From: Fidelibacterota bacterium
GTDB taxonomy: Bacteria > Fidelibacterota > UBA8477 > JABMPR01
Length of the DNA: 64,000 nucleotides
Assembly: GCA_018650445.1 (NCBI GenBank)
Contig: JABIFX010000160.1
Span: forward strand, 37,052 to 101,051
Reading direction: 5' to 3'
The translations under genes and the position numbers were made by a program. Below the pieces are notes generated by a model. It was not told where the DNA came from. It worked only from the letters and a program-made list of their open reading frames with translations, and did no database searches. Below, one piece after another: positions 9,552 to 19,524 of this stretch (positions within the stretch are counted from its first letter, which is position 1; the number at the start of each line of letters is the position of its first letter).

Positions 9552-11438
9552 CTACAAAGCTTTTGTCAGAACCTCATTCAGTCGTTTGACAAAATCAGCC
9601 GGATTTTCCAGCTTCATGCCTTCCAGTAAAAGGGCTTGTTCATAAAGCAGCTCGGCCGCGTTGTCGAAATCCTTGGATTTGCGCATGCCCTTCATCTTCT
9701 TCAAGATGGGATGATCCAGGTTGATCTCAAGGATAGGCTTGGCATCAGGCATGCCTGCCTGACCCATGGCGCGCATCATTTCCTGCATCTGGAAGGTGGG
9801 GTCATCTGCATCGGCCACGAGGACTGAAGGGGAATCGGTCAGACGAGAAGAGACCTTCACATCTTTGACCTTATCTCCGAGAACCTTTTTAACCTTTTTG
9901 ATAAAGGGTTTGACTTCCTTTTCGAGGGTCTCGTCATCTGGCTCATCTTCATCCTTCTTAAGCTCATCTCCTGCATTGCTGCGATTGACTGACTTGAAGT
10001 CGTGATCACCATATTTAGCAGCACCGGGTATTATAATTTCATCAATCTCATCATCAGCAATCAAGACTTCAATGTCTTTCTTGGTGTACATTTCAATGAG
10101 GGGTGAACGTCGCAGGGTAGCTTCATTATCACCGGTGATGTAATAGATGCCCTTCTGATCTTCTGGCATGCGACTCACATAATCTTCCAATGTGGTATAG
10201 CCATCTGCTTTGGTTGATTTAAAACGAACCAGTTTTTCAAGCAGCTCACGATTGTCATGATCCTGGTAGTAACCTTCCTTCAGCGGACGGCCAAATTCCT
10301 CGTAAAACTTGATGTATTCCTTGTCTTTTTTGGCAAGGGTCTGGAAAGATTTTAGAAGCTTCTTAACCGACGCTTTGCGAATGTTGTCCAGGATACGGTT
10401 TTGCTGAAGAATCTCACGACTCACATTCAGGGGCAAATCCTCAGAATCAATAATTCCCTTTACGAAGCGTAAATAAGTTGGTAGAAGTTCTTTTTCATCA
10501 TCAGTGATAAACACGCGCTTGACATATAGTTTCACGCCTGGTTTATAATCCGCATAGAAAAGGTCTTGTGGTGCCTTTTCAGGGACGAAGAATAGCGTCG
10601 TGTAATCCATGGCACCCTCTGCTTGTGTGTGGACATGCAAGGCGGGGTCCTGGAAATCATTGCTAAAGGTTTTGTAGAACTCATTGTAGTCTTTTTTCTT
10701 CAGCCCGGATTTTGGTTTTTTCCAGAAGGCGGTGGCATCATTGACCTGTTCAGTCTTTTGCTCTTTGATCTCTTTTTTGTCATCACCTTCTCCATCGAAT
10801 GTACTCTCTTCATAGCTGAGGTAGATTGGGAAAGCGATATGATTTGAATACTTTTTCAAAATCTCTGTAATGGACCAGCGATTTGCATATTCCTTGCCTT
10901 CATCATTGAGATGCAGGGTGATTTCAGTGCCAGGCTCTTTCTTTTCAGTTTTGTCTAATTCAAAACCAGTCTTGCCATCACTGACCCAACGATAGGCGTC
11001 TTTTTCACCTGCCTTGCGGGTAATTACTTCTACCTGGTCAGCCACCATAAAACAGGAGTAAAAGCCAACACCGAACTGTCCAATCAAGTTGGAGTCCTTT
11101 TTGGCATCCCCGGTGAGTTTCCCCAGGAAATTCTTGGTGCCTGAGCGGGCGATGGTTCCGAGGTGTTCAATGAGGTCTTCCTCATTCATACCTATTCCAG
11201 AATCTGAAATAGTAATGGAACGACCATCTGAGGAGTCATTGAAGACAATATCAATTTTTGGATCAAAGGATATTTTCTTGAACTTGTCTTCAGTAAGGGT
11301 CAAATATTTTAATTTATCCAGAGCATCTGATGCATTGGACACGAGTTCACGCAGGAAAATCTCTTTATGTGAATAAAGTGAGTGAATAATTAAGTGAAGT
11401 AACTCATTTACTTCAGTTTGGAATACATGCTTGGTCAT
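9552..11438 (-). CDS. htpG: molecular chaperone HtpG (Hsp90)
   Basis: FQTEVNELLHLIIHSLYSHKEIFLRELVSNASDALDK, GQFGVGFYS and LPLNVSREILQ. 628 aa. Confidence 0.97.
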   Translation of the reverse strand: MTKHVFQTEVNELLHLIIHSLYSHKEIFLRELVSNASDALDKLKYLTLTEDKFKKISFDPKIDIVFNDSSDGRSITISDSGIGMNEEDLIEHLGTIARSGTKNFLGKLTGDAKKDSNLIGQFGVGFYSCFMVADQVEVITRKAGEKDAYRWVSDGKTGFELDKTEKKEPGTEITLHLNDEGKEYANRWSITEILKKYSNHIAFPIYLSYEESTFDGEGDDKKEIKEQKTEQVNDATAFWKKPKSGLKKKDYNEFYKTFSNDFQDPALHVHTQAEGAMDYTTLFFVPEKAPQDLFYADYKPGVKLYVKRVFITDDEKELLPTYLRFVKGIIDSEDLPLNVSREILQQNRILDNIRKASVKKLLKSFQTLAKKDKEYIKFYEEFGRPLKEGYYQDHDNRELLEKLVRFKSTKADGYTTLEDYVSRMPEDQKGIYYITGDNEATLRRSPLIEMYTKKDIEVLIADDEIDEIIIPGAAKYGDHDFKSVNRSNAGDELKKDEDEPDDETLEKEVKPFIKKVKKVLGDKVKDVKVSSRLTDSPSVLVADADDPTFQMQEMMRAMGQAGMPDAKPILEINLDHPILKKMKGMRKSKDFDNAAELLYEQALLLEGMKLENPADFVKRLNEVLTKAL

Positions 11439-11481
11439 TCTAAAAATTTCTCCATAATCATTTATTTTTTAGCGGCGCCAA

Positions 11482-11508
11482 TATAAAGCCGAATAAAAAG
11501 GCTTCAAG
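11482..11508 (-). promoter_or_regulatory. candidate sigma-32-like heat-shock promoter upstream of htpG
   Basis: The minus strand reads CTTGAA-N13-CTTTATAT about 45-70 nt upstream of the htpG ATG. It resembles the CTTGAA / CCCCATnT class only loosely. Confidence 0.25.
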
Positions 11509-11618
11509 ATTGAAATGCGTTTAAATTTTTTACTCTGCTCAGCCTTAATTGGAGGCGAAACGGGCCTGAACGTTACAAGTTGGAACAGTAATAAGCGGTC
11601 AGGTTTACCAATCCTCGA

Positions 11619-12515
11619 TCAGACTTGAAATTTTTGTCCGGTAAGCTCCTCGGAAATCTCCCAAAGCTTGGCTGCAATATCGGCATCATGGGAAAGCCGG
11701 TTGGATGAAACCAATTTGGGGTATCCCCGCCATTCGGCCAGTTTGGAGGGGCCAAAATAATTTCCGGTTTTTGCTGTTGGCTCTGTTGCGGCCATGAGCG
11801 TAGGCAAGGTCCCCATGGATCCGCTTTGAGCAAAAATGCTATTGAAAAATCTTACACCAGCTCCTTTGGCAAGGTTGCTGGCTGTCAGTCCAGGATGGGC
11901 AGCTGTAACCATGACGGTGCCATTGGCAGTTTGAATCTTCCGAGCTAACTCGTAGGTGAAATAGAGATTGGCTATTTTGCTGTCACCATAAGCTTTCCAG
12001 GGAAAATAACGCCGATTATCCCAGGCGAGGTCATCAAAGCTAAGCTTTCCCATTTTGTGGGCATTACTACTGACATTCACAATACGGCTATCAGGTGTTG
12101 ATTTGATAAGATCGTATAGTTGAGCGGTGAGGGCGAAATGTCCGAGGTGGTTGGTGCCAAACTGTGATTCAAAACCATCCACAGTTTTATTGTAGGGCGG
12201 AACCATGATTCCTGCATTATTGATCAGCAAGTCGAGATGCTCGAAATCTGCGTTAAACTGCTCTGCGAAGGATTTAACAGAAGCCAAATCAGCAAGATCT
12301 AAAAGACGGACTTGAAGTTTGGCGTTGGGGAGCTCGGCGAGGATGCTGGCCATCGCAGCATCGCCCTTTGCCTGGCTACGTACTGCCAGAATCACTTCAG
12401 TTCCTTTCTCAGCAAGCGCTTTGGCAGCCTCAAAACCAATTCCACTGTTACTCCCAGTTATTATAGCTATGCGCCCTGACTGGTCAGGAATATTATCAGT
12501 TGTCCATTTTGTCAC
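11619..12515 (-). CDS. short-chain dehydrogenase/reductase (retinol-dehydrogenase-like oxidoreductase)
   Basis: TGSNSGIG cofactor motif, NNAG, and the YGDSK catalytic Y-x3-K. GTG start overlaps the upstream gene by 20 nt. Confidence 0.8.
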   Translation of the reverse strand: MTKWTTDNIPDQSGRIAIITGSNSGIGFEAAKALAEKGTEVILAVRSQAKGDAAMASILAELPNAKLQVRLLDLADLASVKSFAEQFNADFEHLDLLINNAGIMVPPYNKTVDGFESQFGTNHLGHFALTAQLYDLIKSTPDSRIVNVSSNAHKMGKLSFDDLAWDNRRYFPWKAYGDSKIANLYFTYELARKIQTANGTVMVTAAHPGLTASNLAKGAGVRFFNSIFAQSGSMGTLPTLMAATEPTAKTGNYFGPSKLAEWRGYPKLVSSNRLSHDADIAAKLWEISEELTGQKFQV

Positions 12516-13197
12516 GGGATTTCCCTTTATTTAATTGTGTGTTTGCCAGAGCAACGATATCCAGCACTTCCACGTGTCGATTCTCAGCGCCTTCTTTTAC
12601 AACTTGTATCATTGCCAGCCCAATCTCCTCGAGTGAAGAGACATATTTTGGAAAAAGCTTCCTCAGAACGGGTGATATATAATTGAGCACTTTGTAGGCT
12701 GTATAAGTGTTTTTTAGTCCTGGAGTAGGTTGAATATATCCAGGGCGAAACATATATGACTGTTTCAAGGGTAGTTTGAGAAGGTCATTCTCGGTTCTGC
12801 CTTTCACTCTTACCCACATATTGCGACCACTTTCAGTTGAATCAGTACCCAACCCTGAGACATAGCATAATGTCATCTCTGGGTTGAGTTTAGCAAGCGG
12901 CGTGGCCAGAGCCAGAGTCATATCATGGGTGATGGCACTGTACTTCTCCTCGCTAATACCGAGAGAAGTAATCCCCATGCAAAGAAATGCAGCATTGTAT
13001 CCGGAGAGCTTGCTTTCAATTGTGGAGAAGTCCGAAAAATCGCTATGGATAATTTCTGTTAGTTTGGGATGCTCAACACCACAACTACTACGATTGATCA
13101 CCAGGACGGATTCAATATCGGGATGCTTCAGACTCTCATGAAGTACACCTTCGCCAACCATTCCTGTGGAGCCGGTAATTATTGCTTTTATTGACAT
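12496..13197 (-). CDS. NAD(P)H-binding (atypical SDR / NmrA-like) protein
   Basis: N-terminal ITGSTGMVG Rossmann motif. 233 aa. Confidence 0.65.
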   Translation of the reverse strand: MSIKAIITGSTGMVGEGVLHESLKHPDIESVLVINRSSCGVEHPKLTEIIHSDFSDFSTIESKLSGYNAAFLCMGITSLGISEEKYSAITHDMTLALATPLAKLNPEMTLCYVSGLGTDSTESGRNMWVRVKGRTENDLLKLPLKQSYMFRPGYIQPTPGLKNTYTAYKVLNYISPVLRKLFPKYVSSLEEIGLAMIQVVKEGAENRHVEVLDIVALANTQLNKGKSRDKMDN

Positions 13198-13213
13198 GAT
13201 TTCCTCAGATTGC

Positions 13214-14392
13214 TTATGGGGTTTCTAACTGGGGCGTTGACCCGGCTGACGGTTCAGGATTTAATTCAGGGAGATAGGGATCCCACCATTTTTCAGTTTG
13301 CATTCTGCCAGGATACTCAACGACTTGTCCAAAAATGGGTGTTAATAGTCTTACTCCTTTGGCGTCGGCAGCCAGAGTGACCCTTTTCATGGGGTCAAAC
13401 CAATCATGGAACGCGAGATTAAAGGTACCCCAGTGAATGGGCCAGACAAAATGGGCTTTCAGATCGAGAGAGGCTTGAACCGTCTCCTCTGGGAACATGT
13501 GTACATATGTCCACGCCTTGTTATAGGCTCCACATTCCATAAAGGCGATGTCAAAGGGTCCATATTTTTCACCGATAGTTTTAAAGCCATCAAAATAGCC
13601 GGAGTCGCCACTGAAGTAGATATTGTGATCCAGAGTGGTAATTACATAGGAGGCCCACAGGGTTTTGTTGCGATCGGTGAGACCACGTCCTGAAAAGTGC
13701 TGGCTGGGCGTTGAGGTTATGGTAAGCTTGTCATCATATTCGTAAGAATCCCACCAGTCCAATTCGGTAATCTTCTCTCTGGAAACTCCCCATTTCTCAA
13801 GTTGGGCTCCTACACCCAGGGGCACCACAAATCGGGCAACTTCCTTATGAATCATTTTGATTGAGTATTTGTTGAGGTGATCATAATGATTGTGGGAAAT
13901 AACAACCACATCTATGTCTTTCAACTCTGTAGGATCGATTGGGACTTCCTTGTTAAAGCGGGTAGGACCCACGGGTGTGATTTTGGCTTCATAAACAGGA
14001 TCAGTCAGAATGCGATAGCCATCCATATGAATCAGGAGTGAAGAATGTCCAGCATTGGTGACTTTCAAGTAAGAACTATCAGTTGATTCTAAAAGATTCA
14101 GATCAATCTGACTTTGAGGAAGGATGTCTTTTGGAGAACGCTGTTCTTTACCGAATATGTATTTTTTAAACATCCCAAAGGATGGACTCTCATCCCAGGG
14201 AAGTGGATTGGTGAATTTCCCATCCTTATACTGAGGGGAAGCCTGGATTTTATTCAAAGGATTGTCTCCTTGTTCATATTGAGCCGCCGACAAGACGGAG
14301 TTGATGATAAAAACGAAACCAGTGAGGACCAGCATCAGTGCAATTGCGATCTTCCCCAGCCTTTTGATTATGTGTTTTAAACGAATATTCAT
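13214..14392 (-). CDS. MBL-fold metallo-hydrolase (NAPE-PLD-like), membrane-anchored
   Basis: ISHNHYDHL metal motif, downstream SGDSGY and H residues, and one N-terminal TM helix. Confidence 0.7.
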   Translation of the reverse strand: MNIRLKHIIKRLGKIAIALMLVLTGFVFIINSVLSAAQYEQGDNPLNKIQASPQYKDGKFTNPLPWDESPSFGMFKKYIFGKEQRSPKDILPQSQIDLNLLESTDSSYLKVTNAGHSSLLIHMDGYRILTDPVYEAKITPVGPTRFNKEVPIDPTELKDIDVVVISHNHYDHLNKYSIKMIHKEVARFVVPLGVGAQLEKWGVSREKITELDWWDSYEYDDKLTITSTPSQHFSGRGLTDRNKTLWASYVITTLDHNIYFSGDSGYFDGFKTIGEKYGPFDIAFMECGAYNKAWTYVHMFPEETVQASLDLKAHFVWPIHWGTFNLAFHDWFDPMKRVTLAADAKGVRLLTPIFGQVVEYPGRMQTEKWWDPYLPELNPEPSAGSTPQLETP

Positions 14393-14414
14393 TCAGTTAT
14401 CCTGTAAAATTTTT

Positions 14415-14987
14415 TTATAGTTTGATGGCGTCCCAGGCCATGTTCATGGAAAGCTCAATGTTTTCCGGGGTTGCCTTGAAGTCTGGATGCATCCTGGGAT
14501 TAACCAGACTGAATATAGGGAGGTAAAGATGGGCAAAGAGCAGTTCAAAAGGGGCGTCTTTTATGATCTTTTGATCTACACCATACTGGATTAGATCGAA
14601 AAGAGGTTTGAATTGTATCTCGATCTCATCGCGATTAACCAAATCTGCGTAAGGTGAATTCGCGAACTGTTCAGTGAAGTAGAATAACTCTGAATGAGAT
14701 GATATATAGGCATATAGATTGGTACCAGCCTGGAGTAGCGCATCTCTAACTGGTAGGTTAGCATCGAAGTTTTCCATAATGGCTTGCGCTAGACAGGTTT
14801 TAATCTGGATATACGTAGATACCAGAAGATCTTCTTTATTTTTGAAATATATATAGATGGTTGCAGGTGAAACTCCAGCTCGCTTCGCGATTTTTGAAAC
14901 AGAGCTGGATACAAATCCAATCTCATTTACCAGAGCCACAGTGGCTTCGATTACAGCGTCTTGCTTTATTTCGTCTTTTACTCTCAC
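14415..14987 (-). CDS. TetR/AcrR family transcriptional regulator
   Basis: N-terminal HTH (FVSSSVSKIAKRAGVSPATIYIYFKNKEDLL). 190 aa. Confidence 0.85.
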   Translation of the reverse strand: MRVKDEIKQDAVIEATVALVNEIGFVSSSVSKIAKRAGVSPATIYIYFKNKEDLLVSTYIQIKTCLAQAIMENFDANLPVRDALLQAGTNLYAYISSHSELFYFTEQFANSPYADLVNRDEIEIQFKPLFDLIQYGVDQKIIKDAPFELLFAHLYLPIFSLVNPRMHPDFKATPENIELSMNMAWDAIKL

Positions 14988-15030
14988 GCTCTATAATAAA
15001 CGATCATTCATTTAATCACAAACGATATTT

Positions 15031-15459
15031 TTAATTATTTATAAAAAGCTTCTGGTACTGCATATCAATCTTCAGAATATGTTCTTCCCACCATACTCTC
15101 AAAAAGGTAAGAATAGCTTCGTTAACAGTCGTTGAGCCAGCTCTGACCTTGGCTTCAAGCTCTATCACATAATCAAGAAAGATGGCATGCTGGGTTTGCT
15201 GCTCAACCAGGAGAGGTGACTGCTTTTTCTTTAACAGCGCTTCCTCATCACGAAAATGAGTGGTGCTGTAATCATATAAATCATTAATGATGTTAAGGAG
15301 TAGATCCTTTTCTGCATCTGATTCGCTAGCACCTTGCAGTCGATTCATTATTTCAAATAAAGATTTGTGCTGTGAGTCTAAAATAGGTGCCCCAACTGAG
15401 AATGATTGATCCCAAACAAGAGACAATTTGTTTTTATTGCTGTTTGCTTCGATGTTCAT
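15031..15459 (-). CDS. hemerythrin-like metal-binding protein (bacteriohemerythrin)
   Basis: WDQSFSVGAPILDSQHKSLF, HFRDEE and W..HI..D motifs. The internal ATG at 15459 is preferred, because the 33-aa N-terminal extension of the listed ORF has no family counterpart. Confidence 0.8.
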   Translation of the reverse strand: MNIEANSNKNKLSLVWDQSFSVGAPILDSQHKSLFEIMNRLQGASESDAEKDLLLNIINDLYDYSTTHFRDEEALLKKKQSPLLVEQQTQHAIFLDYVIELEAKVRAGSTTVNEAILTFLRVWWEEHILKIDMQYQKLFINN

Positions 15460-15823
15460 GGTGTTCCCATTCCGTGCATCCCTAGGACTGTTGATGGTAC
15501 ATAAAGATATACGACTCAACAGAGAAATCACAGTGCAAAGTATGTACTCATTTGTCACTGGTGAAAGTCCATAAAGTGTAATCAGGGTGACAACGCTTTT
15601 TAATCCACCTGTAAATTGATATCCGAAATGTTTTAAATGTTGGAAGGAAGCCAGGCTTAAATGAACGTATCAGAACGATGAGAGATGTGCACGGTGTGAC
15701 GGGTCACACCTGGGATCCAATTTTCATGGGCACCTTATTCAGTTACTTGAAAAACGAGAAAAAGTTACCTCCCAAACTATGTATTTGGGTTACCTGCCCA
15801 GCAGGAATTAACTGGTAGATATC

Positions 15824-15858
15824 AAAAAAAAGACCACCCTCTTGAGGATGGTCTTTTT
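15824..15858 (-). terminator. rho-independent terminator downstream of the YtfJ-like gene
   Basis: AAAAAAAAGACCACCCTCTTGAGGATGGTCTTTTT: stem AAGACCA/TGGTCTT plus inner pairs, with T-runs on both strands. Confidence 0.75.
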
Positions 15859-15882
15859 ATAACTCTTAGCGCTTGAACTCAC

Positions 15883-16497
15883 CTATTCAGTTGCCTCAGT
15901 CTCTTCCACGACTTCTTCAGCTTCTTCTACTTCTTCTACTTCTTCTACGACTGGAGGAGGAGGATTTCTCAATAATTCAATTTCAGCATTGATCATAGCG
16001 ATCATTTTTTTGATGTCATTATCAGAAACCTGACCATCAACACTAAAGATAACTTTTCCAGTTGGATCAATCACAACCATGTTATTTGAGTCATCTGCCA
16101 AGCCCCATTTTTCACCGACCATATTGTCATTGTCTCTTACATAGACAGTACTGGGATAGTCTTCCTGTTTTCCAGAAAGAATGAGGTTGATAGCAAAATT
16201 TGGTTTCCATGTTGCGGCCATATTTATCAGGGCAACTGAGCCGTAGACATCCTTTGGATAATCTTCAGCCTTTAGAGCTTCTGTGGCGGCATTATTCGTT
16301 TCACTTTCATCAGGATCAGCATGGACAATCACCCAAACTTTTCCGACGAGCTCACTGCTGCTCCAGGCTGTATCGTCGACTCTACCACCATCATCACCGG
16401 AGAGTTCTAAGAGAGGAACATTCTGACCAACAGGGAGACCTGCAAACAAGCCAACGCTTAACAAAACAAATAAAACACTAAACGACACTTTTTTCAT
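15883..16497 (-). CDS. YtfJ/HI0045-family periplasmic protein with acidic C-terminal tail
   Basis: Signal peptide. Colinear with E. coli YtfJ (GQxVP...W.S..LVGKV.V..H.A...N...EA.K...YP.S...D..G). Ends in PPPPVVEEVEEVEEAEEVVEETEATE. Confidence 0.65.
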   Translation of the reverse strand: MKKVSFSVLFVLLSVGLFAGLPVGQNVPLLELSGDDGGRVDDTAWSSSELVGKVWVIVHADPDESETNNAATEALKAEDYPKDVYGSVALINMAATWKPNFAINLILSGKQEDYPSTVYVRDNDNMVGEKWGLADDSNNMVVIDPTGKVIFSVDGQVSDNDIKKMIAMINAEIELLRNPPPPVVEEVEEVEEAEEVVEETEATE

Positions 16498-16700
16498 ACT
16501 GCTTTCCTTTTTATTATGATTGATCTGCGAATTGATCCTCGCAATTATTTGCTTTAAAAACCCACGCCCTGTAATCTTTTTTCACCAATAGAAAAACATT
16601 GATGGAGTAATTCAATAAGACCTTTGTACAATTATTAAAGCGTGCTCATATTTTAGGGATGATTGAAAGCTGTGCAAGTATTATCCAATCAGCTGAGGAC

Positions 16701-16997
16701 TTAAGGGAGAACTTCGACACCCTTCCAAAAGGCGATATGGTCTTTGATGGGTTGAGCAGCATCTGATGGGTCGGGGTAATACCAGGCGGCATCCTGATTA
16801 TCCATTCCGTCTACTTCAATATGGTAATAGCTGGCAGTTCCTTTCCAGTGGCAGACGGTGTGGGTTTGACTATCTCTCAGATAGGCTGGGTCTACAGAGC
16901 TGACGGGGAAATAGTGATTGCCCTCGATGACTATGGTATTGTCACTTTCAGCAATAACTTTATCATTCCAAATAGCTTTCATTTGCTGCTCCTTCAC
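16701..16997 (-). CDS. DUF427 domain protein
   Basis: 98 aa. IAESDNTIVIEGNHYFP...CHWKGTASYY...AAWYYPDP...FWKGVEV is the DUF427 pattern. 4-nt overlap with egtD. Confidence 0.75.
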   Translation of the reverse strand: MKEQQMKAIWNDKVIAESDNTIVIEGNHYFPVSSVDPAYLRDSQTHTVCHWKGTASYYHIEVDGMDNQDAAWYYPDPSDAAQPIKDHIAFWKGVEVLP

Positions 16998-18016
16998 AGG
17001 GTGCGCAATTCAAGCGCAGTATTTTGGGGTTTAAAACAATTCAGGCTGAACCAGCCCTCATTATCCAACCATTGCTGTTCAAGAAAAAAGCCAGAGGCTT
17101 CGGCCAAAGCATTAATTTCACTGTGTGAATACTTATATGAATATTCAGTTAATATCTTCTCATCCTTTTTGAATGAGATCCTTACACCGATATTTTTTAT
17201 TTCAACTTCCTGATCGATATCGCTCACCAGATACATTTCAATGCGTCCTTCTTCTACATTGTAAATGGCCTGGTGGTGGAAATTCTTTCGCTCAAATGTA
17301 CCACCCAATTCGTTGTTGAGGCGATCCAGCAGATTCAGATTAAAATCAGCAGTGACACCTTTGGCATCATCATAGGCAGGTTCCAGAATCTCTGGTCCCT
17401 TGCGGAGGTCAATACCCAATAACAAGCTATCCTGAGCCCCAATATTCTTGTGGACTTCTCTTAAAAATTGGGCCGCCTCAACGCGTGTCAAATTCCCAAT
17501 ACTGGAGCCTAACCACATAATGCAACTGGATGTTGTGCTATTTTTTAAGATATACTCCATACCAAATTCGTAGCGGCCAGCTACGGCTTCCAAGTGAAGC
17601 TGCGGATAGCGCTGGTTAAGGTCGTTTACCGTATCAGTCAGGATTTCAGCTGATACATCAATGGGTGAGTATTGTGTAGTTCCAAAGCGTGCCATAGCAG
17701 CTTCCAGCAATATTCTTGTTTTGGTTGAGTTGCCACTTCCTAATTCCACGAGATGGGTGTTCATGGGTAGTTTTGAGATGATTTCTGCTGCGGATCGCTG
17801 AAGAATTTCAGTCTCTTTGCGCGTGAGGTAATATTCTTCCAACTCACAAATATCTTCAAATATCTGGGATCCACGTTCATCATAGAAATAGACGGAAGAT
17901 AAGCGTTTAGGTGTATTGTTTAATCCTTTGAGCACGTCCTTGGCGAAAGCCATGGTAGGATTTTCAATTTGATCTGCAGGCTTGATAATCTGGGGTGAGT
18001 GGCGCGTTTCAGTCAT
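16994..18016 (-). CDS. egtD: L-histidine N-alpha-methyltransferase (hercynine synthase)
   Basis: YFYDERGSQIFEDICELEEYYLTRKETEIL, LVELGSGNSTKTRILL and WLGSSIGN. 340 aa, EgtD family. Confidence 0.9.
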   Translation of the reverse strand: MTETRHSPQIIKPADQIENPTMAFAKDVLKGLNNTPKRLSSVYFYDERGSQIFEDICELEEYYLTRKETEILQRSAAEIISKLPMNTHLVELGSGNSTKTRILLEAAMARFGTTQYSPIDVSAEILTDTVNDLNQRYPQLHLEAVAGRYEFGMEYILKNSTTSSCIMWLGSSIGNLTRVEAAQFLREVHKNIGAQDSLLLGIDLRKGPEILEPAYDDAKGVTADFNLNLLDRLNNELGGTFERKNFHHQAIYNVEEGRIEMYLVSDIDQEVEIKNIGVRISFKKDEKILTEYSYKYSHSEINALAEASGFFLEQQWLDNEGWFSLNCFKPQNTALELRTL

Positions 18017-19524
18017 GAGTTAGATTCCTGTTTCATTTGTAATCCAGGTGAGAGAAAAGTACGTTCAGCAAAATCAAAGCTCCATTGAACGAGAAGGGCT
18101 AGAACAGCAGCCGGGATAGCACCTTCGAGAATGAGACCGGTATCATCCAGCCTGATGCCAGTGAGTATGGGTTGTCCATATCCTCCAGCGCCAATCAAGG
18201 CACCTAAGGTTGCTGTACCGACATTAATAACAGCTGAAGTTTTTATGCCTGCCAGAATCGAACGAGCAGCCAGGGGGAGTTCGATTAATCTAAGTCGGGC
18301 AGAAGCCGGAAGACCCAGGGCGCGGGCTGATTCCTGTACATCAATGGGAAGCCCAGTCAAGCCACTCAAAGTATTTCGTACAATGGGCAGCAGACTGTAT
18401 AGAAATAATGCTACGAGGGCAGGTGGTCCACCGATGCCCAGCAGGGGAATCATAAATACCAGGAGTGCCAAGGAAGGTATTGTCTGGATAATACCCACAA
18501 TACTGAGAATAACCTGACCCAGGGTGGCATTCCGGGCACCCCAAATACCCAGGGGGATAGCCACCAGAATGGCAGCCCCCAGAGACAGGCAGACCAGAAA
18601 TAAATGTTCTGATGTGGTCCTGATCAATCTGTCCAGTCTTGTTGAGATTTCTATCTTAGAGAGCGTGTTAAATTTGATATTCAAGAAACTCTGAGCCACT
18701 TCAGCTTCACTGCGACCCTCCAACTTGACATCAGAATTCATCTTGATCATCTCAGCTTCAGAAATGATACCACCAAACTGTGTAAGATAGGTGTGAATCT
18801 CAGGGATACGATCTATCAGCTCAGTACGATACAGTATTACGGCTCGGTAATCAGGGAAGTATCTCCTATCATCTTCGAGAACACGCAATTGATAATAGGC
18901 GATTTCTGCATCAGTGGAATAAAGATCAATCAGGTCAATGGAGCCGGCCTCTAAGCCCTTGTATGCCAGATCATGATCTAGACCGCGCACTGCCGTCTGG
19001 GGTAGTTTATAATGATCCCTGAGGCTGGGCCACCCATCTTCGCGATCCATAAATTCATTGGTAAACCCAAATCGGAGCTCAGGATATTGGCGTAAATCGC
19101 TGATTTTTTCCAACGAGAACTTTATAGCTGTAGAAGGTGTAATCCCAAGGGCGTAAGTATTATTAAAACCAAGAGGAGCAGTCATGCTCACCCCGTGCCG
19201 AGCAAGTGCCGCCTTAATATCTGCATCTGAAGAAATATCCTCACCTTGAAGAATCTCATATATAATCGTACCGGTATAATCGGGATAGATATCCAACTCT
19301 CCCTGAACCAGTGCTTTCCAGAGCAAACGAGTGCCACCAAGCTGATCCTTATGAGAGGCAGTTAAGCCTTTGTTCTGGAGGTGTTGGGTAATGACCTCGC
19401 TTAATATCACTGACTCGGTAAATTTCTTAGATCCAATCCTGATTTCTGAAGCTGATTCAGCCTGTAGTGAGGCGATGGCCAGAAAGGATAGGCTCAGGCT
19501 TAGATAAAGAATCAGTTTCTTCAT
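18013..19524 (-). CDS. ABC transporter, fused quaternary-amine substrate-binding domain (N-terminal) and permease (C-terminal), OpuBC/OpuCC/EgtU type
   Basis: Signal peptide. SBD motifs DIYPDYTGT and GFNNTYAL. The C-terminal ~210 aa hold 5-6 TM helices with an EAA-like loop (ESARALGLPASARL). Confidence 0.85.
   Translation of the reverse strand: MKKLILYLSLSLSFLAIASLQAESASEIRIGSKKFTESVILSEVITQHLQNKGLTASHKDQLGGTRLLWKALVQGELDIYPDYTGTIIYEILQGEDISSDADIKAALARHGVSMTAPLGFNNTYALGITPSTAIKFSLEKISDLRQYPELRFGFTNEFMDREDGWPSLRDHYKLPQTAVRGLDHDLAYKGLEAGSIDLIDLYSTDAEIAYYQLRVLEDDRRYFPDYRAVILYRTELIDRIPEIHTYLTQFGGIISEAEMIKMNSDVKLEGRSEAEVAQSFLNIKFNTLSKIEISTRLDRLIRTTSEHLFLVCLSLGAAILVAIPLGIWGARNATLGQVILSIVGIIQTIPSLALLVFMIPLLGIGGPPALVALFLYSLLPIVRNTLSGLTGLPIDVQESARALGLPASARLRLIELPLAARSILAGIKTSAVINVGTATLGALIGAGGYGQPILTGIRLDDTGLILEGAIPAAVLALLVQWSFDFAERTFLSPGLQMKQESNS

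Noticed and set aside
11573-11833. An 86-aa ORF overlapping the 3' end of the SDR gene.
   Set aside because: It is on the same strand as the well-supported SDR (11619-12515) but in a different frame. Its Pro/Trp/Gln-rich translation lacks motifs.
15693-15710. Calling the TGTGA...TCACA palindrome a canonical CRP/FNR box.
   Set aside because: The half-site spacing is 4 nt, not the 6 nt (CRP) or 4-nt TTGAT-N4-ATCAA (FNR) consensus. It is kept only as a generic operator candidate.
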